The position numbers were made by a program, and so were the translations under genes. From Klebsormidium nitens (taxonomy: Eukaryota; Plantae; Klebsormidiophyceae), in assembly GCA_000708835.1 (NCBI GenBank), contig DF237061.1, positions 62,001 to 126,000 of the forward strand: a DNA stretch of 64,000 nt, read 5' to 3'. Under the pieces are notes generated by a model, which saw nothing but the letters and a program-made list of their open reading frames with translations, had not been told where the DNA came from and made no database searches. Of the stretch, positions 54,611 through 64,000 are shown piece after piece (position 1 is the first letter of the stretch; each line of letters starts with the position of its first letter).

Positions 54611-56095
54611 GGTTCTTCCGGTCTGCAATCAAGGAAACATTATCAGACGCCGCTGCAGCATGCTCCTCTACTTAACGCATCGGCAATGACATAGATTATG
54701 TGACTTTCGTTTTGCCGGACAATAGGAAAAGCATTTGGATCAAGACTTAAGTCAAAGAAGAAAAATCTATCTCACCACTGCTCTTGGAAAGTCCTGTTCT
54801 GAAAAGACAAAATTGACAGCACTGGGAACCTCTGGTGTATACTGACAATATATAAAGCTGCATTGCACATGCATCTGTACATTGTCATCTTCTGAGCCAT
54901 GAGAAGGGCATGACTTGACACGTTAGCCGCCAATCCGTCCAGGCCAGTATTTAGCGGACCAGGACGGCCATGCCTGCTTGTGGGAGTTGTGAAAAGACTG
55001 AGCTTCTGCCAGCATTTAGAAGCCGTAATTGACTGTTAGAAGCATTAGCGTCCTTACCACCCTTTGATTTGATATAAGTGGATACTAAGACTGTAGCTCA
55101 GTGTAATATCAATCAGATCACTTCTGACATCCAGTCATAATCAGACTTGGTATCGAAGACACAAGGTTCTTCACTACATCTCCCCAAGGGTGGGGTTGTG
55201 TTTGCTGCCTTTGTATCGATCTTGTGAACTCTAAGGAGAGAGTTTCCAACAGCTACAACGAGCGCACACAAAAGTAAACCTCTCTACAGTCGCCCTTCTC
55301 TGACTGACATCCTTTCCAAGAAATAAGTCAGCAGCTTCCTTCCATTGTTCCCAGTTCTTCATCAATCGGTTGAATCTTTCGAAGACTTCCCTCCTATACT
55401 GATACGACCAGTGACATACCAACCAGCAAGGATGAAAGAACCTTGCAATCATGCACATCAACCTTTTCTGCACGTGCCAATCGACGCAACTAAACCTCCA
55501 TCAACCATTCTTCCTTCTTTCCCCACTTCAACGACAAATGCGCAATCTTGAGGGCTTCAACGATCTGAATGCACCATAAAGCAATTGGCATGCAAACGTG
55601 GTGGTGAAATGTGGCTCTTGCGTGCATTGCAACTTTTAAATAAGTCTTCTGCATGAGTAAATCAGAAGAATTGTAGAAGCGGGGCAGCCCACTTACATTC
55701 TTTGATGAAATTCTCGCTTATCACGCCTGCTTTGTAAGAAAGCGAGCCGCAATTTCAAAGCGCCCTTCCACCTGCAGGACAGTTGTTGACGAGTGCTCCT
55801 CAACCAAAAACGAACGATCGAGCTGTTGCCATTGGCCGGAGGAAGATGGTTTTTGCAAACCAAGTTGCTGTTAACCCCTGGTTGCTAGCCTTGCATGGTT
55901 ACTCTTCGAAGGTCGAAGCATCTGCTTCGGCAAGTTTGGCCGATAATGAGTAGCTGATGCTGCCAACTTGATAGTGTCAAAGGTCGATGAAATGGTATGG
56001 AGGAAAAGTTGGCAGTTAACCCCAGGGTTTCTGTGTTACCCAAACCCCTTTTAACCCGGCTCACGGAGCTTGCTGATTGCAGGAAGCGTCTCGTC

Positions 56096-56478
56096 CAATG
56101 TTCGTGGCGAAACTAATTATTTTCGCCAATTTGATTTTCGCCAGATTTTCGCCATTTAGTGTTTGGGAACGGGATTTCGCCGGCCTGGCGAAAATGGTCA
56201 GGCCGTCAGCCAGTTTTTACATTCTCGGGTGTTCCCACCGGTTTTGAAGAATCTTAACCCTGCTCAGAACCCCGTTTCTTACCTCTGTTTGTACTTTGTC
56301 AAGTTAGCTCTTCTGAGAAAACGAAGAAAATTAGGTCGGTATGGCAGATTCTAGGGCCGGGACACCCTACCGGCCACAACCGCCACTAGGATTTTCGCCA
56401 TTAGTGTCATTTTCGCCAATTAGTGTCTTGGAGGTCCTATTTAGTGTATTTCAGGATTTATTTTCGCCACGAACACTG
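56096..56478. mobile_element. Non-autonomous hAT-like DNA transposon (MITE), 383 bp
   Basis: 17-bp TIRs: CAATGTTCGTGGCGAAA (56096-56112) and the inverted copy of CAGTGTTCGTGGCGAAA ending at 56478 (1 mismatch). Perfect 8-bp TSD GTCTCGTC at 56088-56095 and 56479-56486. Multiple subterminal TTTTCGCCA repeats at both ends. No transposase ORF. 8-bp TSDs are diagnostic of hAT. Confidence 0.92.
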
Positions 56479-56885
56479 GTCTCGTCTCTGGTGCGCTTGC
56501 GTCAGCACGTTTCAATCCTCAACAGGAAACAAGAAAGGCGCTGAAACCTGCATGATGCTTTTAATTTAGGGGCACCGCACATGCCCAAAACCTAAATCCT
56601 TGTTGGAGCAGTCTTCAGCAGCTGCGACAGAAGCCGTGAGAGGAAAGGGACACTCTAATTCGTGAGGCCCTGACAGAGGCAGTAGGAGGGTGGCTCTTTA
56701 GAGGCAGTCACCTGCACCATTTTTTGGAAGAAGGTGCACATGACGATCTGTCAGCCTGATGCGAAATAACCTGCTCCTCTCAGAATCCATAAACCCATTG
56801 AACCCAAGCTCCACGTGGTCGCAAAGGGCAGCAATCAAAGTACTTGAGGTTTGCTGACTCTTACGGCAATAAGACAAAAGCCGCT

Positions 56886-59800
56886 ATGGATCCGGCAGTG
56901 CTTGTGCAGGGCCTGAGGAGCACCTTCAGAACTGGCAAGACCAGGCCGTTTGAATGGAGGAAGCAGCAGCTAAGGGCAATGATCAAGATGGTGCGGGCAA
57001 ACGAAAAGGCGCTGTGTGATGCTGTCTTTAAAGATTTGGGAAAGCCGCCCTTCGAGACCATCATAGCAGAGGTGAGCAGGACAACTGCTTGAAGCACTTT
57101 AATTCGTCTCTGGTCGCTTATCAAGGGCTTCTTGTTGGTTTGCCAGCTGAAAGGGTCCCTTGGAATAGCTGGTTCAGAAGTAGGCTGATGCAGTTTCCTG
57201 GAGAAAGTCCCCTTACTAAGAAGACTGGTCCTTCATCGGTTCCTTCTCTGCTTAAGTAGCTTCCTGTGCTGAAGAAATGTTTTCTGACAAAGCGAATCGT
57301 GTCCGAGCTAAGCATTCTTACAATTTGATGCTCCATTCTAAAGCTGCTGTGCTTCAATCATACAAGCGGAAGAGTCGCGGTGGTCGCAAGAACATGTGCA
57401 ATGGTTTCAGCTTGCCCCTACTGATCCTGAGGAGAAACAAGGTCTGGAATGGTTTGGGTTCCCTTCGGCCTTTCTGCGTAGACTCTGCTTCTACTCCATG
57501 ACTGGTTGAAAGCGCTGGGGGCTTGTTAAGAGAGCGCTCCCCCTTAAAACGTTCACATCAACTCATATTTGTGTACCACAAGGCTTGTTGCACAATTATG
57601 CAGTTGAATGGGGTCTGCAATGTTGCGGGGGAGATGATCCAGAATCTTCCCAAGTGGATGAAACCACAAACGGTGAGGCCCACAGGTCCTTGCCTCCTTT
57701 CTATCCTGTTGAACTTCCAGGATTTAGCTTGCTGAGATATAACAATTGTCTTCCTTTGGCGTTGACTCAGTCGATAATGAGATGCTCTCCAATGACTCTT
57801 TTTAGGTAAAAGCTTTGCAATTTGCTGACTAAATGAGTTTGGATTCCCTGAACAATTTTGTTGCTTCCCCCCAGCGTAGCATGTGGAACGCCTGTCTAGC
57901 CACTCATCAGAGAGTCATTGACCTGGTCTTTGAAGTTCCTCTCTGCGACAAAGAGAAGTGACTGAAAGCTACTCAAGTGAAGATTGAGCAGTGCCGCATT
58001 GGCATTCCGCGGAGCTTTGCATGGTTTGACTCCCCGGATTCGCAGATAGATACCTCTCACTTTCTGCTTGCATAAGATGAGATCCATTGAGTCAGTGGTT
58101 AACATATTCAAAAAGCTCCGGCCTCTGTTTCGACTGCTGTTGTTTCCAAGCATCCAGCTCTCACATTGTTTGTTGCTTTTTGCGCAGACTGCCGGGAATG
58201 TCTTGGTATTCCCGTCCACAAACGAGATCTATGCGGAGCCGCTCGGGGTTTGCTTGGTCATTGCTCCATGGAATTATCCAGCTCGTGAGTCACAAGCTTG
58301 TCAAACATTGAACCTCCAGGCAACTGTATTCTCCTGTTCATATAGCGTCCGAAAATAAAACTGCCTCTTAAAGAGCAGCTGAGCTGAACGAATATATTTG
58401 ATTGATTCCAGGAAGCGTTGCTCAACAAAGTTTGCCCCGAATAAGAGCATGCACAGGCAGCCACATCTGCAGATAAAGGGTTTGGTGAGAGAGTGGCCTG
58501 GAGCAGATTGCAGTTCGTTGCTGGACAGAGGCTTCACCAAAAGATTCAGATGACCGTCTTCGGCAAAGAAGGGGGGCAATAGGTATCTGCCTTCTTGTGT
58601 CTGGTTATAGCCTTTTCCATATCACCATGCCCTCTAGAAATAGTTAAAGAACATTGCTAATCAGAGTTTTGATTGCATCTGCAGTGCTGGCGCTTGAGCC
58701 CATGATTGGTGCACTCGCCGCTGGCAACACCGTCCTTCTCAAGCCTTCGGAGATTTCAGCGCACACGTCCGCCCTTCTTTCGGAGCTCATCCCCAAGTAC
58801 CTGGACACTGAGGCTGTCAAGGTGTTTGAGGGGGGGGTCCCGGAGACCACCGCAGTGCTGGCTCAGAAGTTTGACCATATCTTCTACACAGGTAACTGGA
58901 TTTGCCATGTCAAGAACATGATTGTGAACGGGCTCTCGTGGTTGATGGTGATTTCACGAAAGATTCGCCCAATGGACTTGGTGTCGATACTTCGCGCTTG
59001 TTCGGAACCCGGCTGAGCAGCCTTCTTTGGGCATCAATCTTGCCCTGTCTCAATCTTGCCAGTTATGGTTGCGGAAATATAGATTTGGTGTTGAGGGGCC
59101 AACGGCCCTCTTAAGATCATATCCCGTAGCTTAGATGCGCGCCAAATTTCAGCAGCTTTAGAGTATGCAGCTTCAAAGAACCCCTCTTTGCGGACTGGGG
59201 GCACAACCGGCCACCGTATTGCAGCAACTGGTTCCCCCCCTTTGTGTATGGTGGGTAAGATTCTTACAACTGACGCCCCCCCGTTTGCGTTCGGGGGGCA
59301 CAATGATGGCCCAAATCATCATGACTGACACCCCCTCTTTGTGTTCAGGGGGCACAGCGGTGGGCAAAATCATCATGGCGGCCGCCGCCAAGCACCTGAC
59401 GCCGGTCGTTCTTGAACTGGGAGGGAAGAGCCCCGCTTATGTGGACTCCGTAGGAGACTACATGGTAAGCGATGACGAGATGACGGAACCGACTGAGAAA
59501 TTGCAAATGCTGTAGTCCGAAGCTCATTCTTGCTTCATTTTCAGATTGGTCAGATCGGATCAGGTCCGCATAAACGCAGGGCCTCAACTTCTGTATTTCC
59601 CTGAGGGTTTGGGTTATGTTGGAGGCTTTGTGAATGTCGGCTTCAATGTTTGAAGAGAGTCTGTTTATCTACGAGCCCCTTAGTGGGTTGTCGTTGTTCG
59701 TATTTACTGCTTCGTGCTTTGACGTTGATTACACACAGCCTTGTCAAAACGCATTGCAAGTCTTGGTTGTCTAGCCTTTGGGGGATTGTAAAGATTCGCC

Positions 59801-62800
59801 GATATACTCTGTTTTAGTGGCCCATCTCGAACACATCCGTAAGACATAGCGAGTCCAGTCCCTGTCACAAGGGCTCCTTTGTTCGTAGCGACGATATATC
59901 CTTTTCATCTCCTCTTACAGACCGTGGCGCGCCGTATGTTGGGAGGGAAGCTGCTAAACGCCGGTCAGACGTGCACTGCCCCCGATTACGTCCTAGTCCA
60001 GGAGGCCAACGCAGACAAGCTGATTGAGGCGTTGAAGGTGAGTGTTCTGATCTGTGTGATGCGCCTGAGTTAGTGTGTATGCTAGCGAATGCTTGAGTTC
60101 TTGTGCTTGGACATACGACAATGACTTCGGGGCCAGAAATGCAGCGAACCATGACTGCGCCTTCACGGTCTCAAAGCCTGCGCTCGTTTGTCAGCGTCCG
60201 CTGGGGCTGGTAGAACAAACGGCAGAAGTGCCTTTGGAGAAGTACGACCTGCGGCAGTTGTATAGATACTCAAAACTCCTGAAGTCTTTAGCTTTTCTCA
60301 TTTTGAAGGGATTTGCGACGCTTCTGCATCTCAGAAGCTCGTACGTACAGCTGATATCAGTCACCCTGAAGGAAAGCTGCCACGACTTTGTCAACGCAGG
60401 TAGCACAGCTTTTTGATTGCGCCGCAACAGCCACACGTGTGTCGCAAAAAGACCCTGAAAGGTTCGATCTCCTTGGTTTATGCAGAAAGTTGTGGACGAG
60501 TTTTACGTCGGCAACCCCGAGAAGTCCGCCGACTTTGCGCGCATCATCAGCGCGCGGCAGTGGCAGCGGCTTGTGGACCAACTAGACACGCCACAAAACA
60601 AAAAGTGCATCGTGTACGGAGGGGAGCGCAACGAGGCCACCAAGTAAGGGCCACTTCGCTCCTTTCTGGATCTGAAATCCCAGTGCAAAGATTGGGCTCC
60701 CGGAACGATCAGCTAGAAGGAATGGAATCGGCGGACGGCATCCCAGCTTGGAAAGTGGTTAGTGTTGGGTTTACAGTTCCGTGAAGTAGGATTTGGTGTG
60801 AGCTTTCTAGAATTGTTGGGTGCTCGACGACTGGCGCAAAGTGCTTTCCGGAAGGTTGATGTTGTGGTTATCTGAAGATCGGGCTGTCAATCAGGCGGTT
60901 GAGATTCGTCTCCAGAAGCAAGTGCTGGGCATCAAATCGTTTTTCACTTCCTTCCAGATATATTGCTCCTACATTCCTGAAGAACGTGCCCGAAGATTCC
61001 AAGCTTATGCAAGAAGAGATCTTCGGGCCCATCCTTCCGATCCAAATCGTAAGTTTCTCAAAACCCCGGTCTCTTAACCCCCTTTTGCTTGGAACCGCGT
61101 ATGTCTCTTTGGTGAAACACGTGCTTATCTATGAGCATGCTGCGACGCTTCCCACAACATGTCTCACTGAAGACGATGCCTGTAGCAGAGATGTTCCAAG
61201 TGTTTTGTGTCACACGTAGACGCATCTGCTTGGGCAGTGCGTGAGCAGTTGAAAACATTTGAATCTCTTACGTGATTGGGCTTCGTGTGTCCTTTTCACA
61301 GCCTCACAGCCCCAAAACGGCCGTTTCTTCTGTTCTCTCGCAATGGCGCAGCAAGCACATGCTGCGTTTCAGAGATATCCTCGTTGTCGAAAGGGTTTGA
61401 ACTTGCAGTTTTTGCAAACTTATTGAGCGCACAAGTTTAAACTGTTCTGATCAGTTGATAAGGTTTTTGGAGTAACCTTTTCATCGAGCAGCAAGGGAGG
61501 GTAGGCTGACGTCGATGGAGCATACGTCAACAGTGTCGCAGGCAAGCGTCTCGAGAAAGTCGGAGGAATGAATCAAGGGCTGTTGCCTCGTTTATCAACG
61601 TCTGATAGTTGGCCTCTCGCTTGCGACCGTACCACGCACCCAGTCGTTCGCGTATTTCAGTATGAATGCAAGGCGATTTTGGCTTGATCAATCGCTCTGT
61701 GCTCTTTGTGATTGTTGAGGTCTCCAAAGCCCGTCATTCATGTTTATTTTCGTGTTCCGATTCACGATGTACGTTTCAGATCTTCCTCCACCTTTGTCGA
61801 GGTGTCTCAAAGGCCGTTTTTTGACCTAATCCAGGTTCGCGACATGTACAGCGCTCAGACCATTCCCACGCTCGTCGAGTTTTTTCCTTAAGCAGCCTTT
61901 CCTTCATGTCTCTTTGTGAGGGTTCCGGACGTGAACCACGGAACGTTGTACCCTTATGCTTTCCTCCACCCTTGCCGACGTTCCCTAATGCAGGTGTCCG
62001 AGCATGTCTTCTTTACAGGTTCGCGACAGGCACTGCGGAGCGAAAGTTGTGTTCAGTAATTTAAAAAGTTTTTGGACGGAGTTCTGATAATTTCTTGATT
62101 CCCAGGTTCGCGACATGCACCATGCAACCGAGTACATTCTGGAGCGGCCCAAGCCCCTCTCGCTGTACGTTTTCACGGACAAGAAGGACGTGGCGGAGCA
62201 CTTCATCCACAACACGTCGTCCGGCTCCATTTGCGTCAACGACACAGTCGTCCAAGTAAGGACCGGTGTCTTGCTTGCTGACGTGGCAGCAGAACTGGAC
62301 CCTATCCCCTGACGAAGGGGTTGTTTGCTTTCCGTTTGCTTGCCCCTCCCTGAATATTGAAAATGCTCAACGACAGGAGTTTATAAACCGATTTCGTGGT
62401 TGTCCGCCTGTGTTGCTTTCTTCGTACTGGTTCTCCTTATTGCAGCACAGGACGAGTCGCTGACCACATCACCTCGCACAATTCTGGACTGTTGTCTTTG
62501 TCGTTTTCAATGTCAAAATTGTTGCGATGACGTATGTATATCTTCTCTTATTCCTTCTCTTGTCCGAGAAGATTATAGTCTCCCGTAGACATCTCAGTCT
62601 GGTCGTCCGCCCAAGTGCTTGGTGCTGAGGCGCAGTGATCGAGGTGGCTTCTTTCGAGCACACGACATTTGCCACCCAGTTTCGGTCGTCTTGCGCGTGT
62701 CATCTGACTTCCTCACCTAGCATGGGCAACTTCTCCGTTTTGCAGGTTAGCGTGGCCGGACTTCCGTTCGGCGGAGTCGGAGACAGCGGAATGGGTGCAT

Positions 62801-62991
62801 ATCACGGTAAATACACCTTTGAAACCTTCAGCCACAAGAAGGCGGTCTGCCGGAAGGTTCTCGCCTTCGATGCTGACATCCGGTACCCTCCATACACCCC
62901 CAAGAAGCAAAGCATTACTCGGACTCTGATGAGGGGTGATTACTGGGGTGTGCTCCTAGCCGTCCTTGGACTCAGAAAGGTTTGCGATTGA
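56886..62991 (+). CDS. ALDH3: Aldehyde dehydrogenase, family 3 (plant ALDH3H/I-like), 478 aa
   Basis: 10 exons: 56886-57071, 57604-57672, 58188-58284, 58685-58891, 59349-59464, 59921-60037, 60486-60643, 60958-61048, 62106-62255, 62746-62991 (1437 nt). Motifs: [55 protein letters not shown] (catalytic Cys), [40 protein letters not shown], and a hydrophobic C-terminal tail. Confidence 0.96.
59176..59323 (+). repeat. Decaying ~50-55 bp copies of the acceptor and start of ALDH exon 59349-59464
   Basis: actgacgcccccccgtttgcgttcggggggcacaatgatggcccaaatcatcatg (59269-59323) versus real actgacaccccctctttgtgttcagggggcacagcggtgggcaaaatcatcatg; two fainter copies back to ~59176. Confidence 0.85.
61828..62042 (+). 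repeat. Three copies (period ~90 bp) of the acceptor and start of ALDH exon 62106-62255
   Basis: Exon-start equivalents are 62106 (real cag|gttcgcgacatgcac), 62019 (cag|gttcgcgacaggcac), 61922 (gttccggacgtgaac) and 61835 (cag|gttcgcgacatgtac). Confidence 0.9.
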
Positions 62992-64000
62992 GAACGCTTG
63001 AAAGGACGACCAGGTTACAGTAGTTTGGTTGAGATTGTGTACTTCGACTTAAAGCATACTTGTAAGGGGGTTGTTCAGCAAACGAGGGCGTCTGATACAT
63101 ACGAAGAAGAACACGTCAAGCTTGTGAGAAGAGAGCATGGAAGCGGTCCGTGCTCCATGTACAGTTTCCATTGGGTTAAGTAAATTGCTAGCGGCAGGAA
63201 AATGACGCCGTTTCATACATGAACGGGCAGTGACGAGATTGACAGTGCTTTGAGTAGAAAAGAAATGCACATATAGTACAGCTTAGGTTCGAACACGTTG
63301 ACAGTGAGATGACGAAGGTTGTCTTGGGGTACTGTCAGTCAAGATATGCGCCATTATCTTCCACCGCTTGTTGTGGTCCCAGCACGTGCGTACCAGCTTC
63401 AGGCAGGCAGGCTCAAGATACGGGTGCCCATGCACTAAGCCGGCCAATTTGCGCCCTACACGAACTTCAACGCACCACTCATCATCCACTTATAGCAGTA
63501 TCAGGGTCTTCTTTTATTATCCCCGATTTCTACGTGCTTCAGCGACTCCTTGGATGCAGTCCCTGTGGTTGCGGTCGGGCGGCCCGAGCACCCAGTTTCA
63601 CTTTATGACTTTGCTTGTTTAAGCAGCCTGACGCTCGGTGTACACACGGACACGTTTTGCCCAATCGACTCCCACATTAAGCATTTTGCACCGCGTAGCG
63701 GTCCCGAGTACTTGTAAGTGTAAATCTGCTTCAACCGAGACGGTCCAGGGCACTATAGGCATTGAAGATTGGTAAGTATTATACCTTGAGCAGACTGTTA
63801 ACTTAGCGTGACTGAAGCGTTACTTTTTGTATCAGGATCGGTCCGTGGCATTCGGGGCGTTTGAACCAAGATTAAACTCGAGCAAAAAGCTCCGCATGTC
63901 GGGCCGATTTGCTGCCGAGGGCGATTTTGGCCGCACCCGGAACTCGGGCAGAGGGCCCGCACGGCAAAATTTAACTGCTACGGCGCCCGAGACATATTTC

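Noticed and set aside
56886-62991. ALDH as a member of a xylose (Weimberg/Dahms) pathway
   Set aside because: The sequence is an ordinary class-3 ALDH with a hydrophobic tail; only proximity links it to xylA.

Overview
Intron-rich eukaryotic nuclear DNA, about 50% GC. Gene content and intron style suggest a streptophyte green alga such as Klebsormidium (inference). I assembled six spliced genes by hand from GT-AG boundaries and reading frame: (1) a 5'-truncated ER-type P2A Ca2+-ATPase (+, 403-6934); (2) a probably secreted GH27 alpha-galactosidase-like enzyme (-, 10428-21321) with four tandem copies of an 8-Cys module I do not recognise, joined by Pro/Thr linkers; (3) a large low-complexity protein of unknown function whose last 11 introns are all phase 0 (-, 23762-33012); (4) xylulokinase (-, 35010-43726); (5) xylose isomerase (-, 45094-54610), directly upstream of xylulokinase in bacterial xylA-xylB order, with a signal peptide and C-terminal RTEL; (6) a divergent ALDH3 (+, 56886-62991). 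A 383-bp hAT-type MITE with a perfect 8-bp TSD lies between xylose isomerase and ALDH3, and there is one 341-N gap. The most striking non-genic pattern: many introns in five of the six genes hold arrays of decayed 'ghost' copies of the adjacent exon/intron junction (periods about 55-240 bp). Decay usually increases away from the live exon, and the nearest copies differ from it mostly at third codon positions. No rRNA, tRNA or CRISPR array was seen. All alignments were done by eye.
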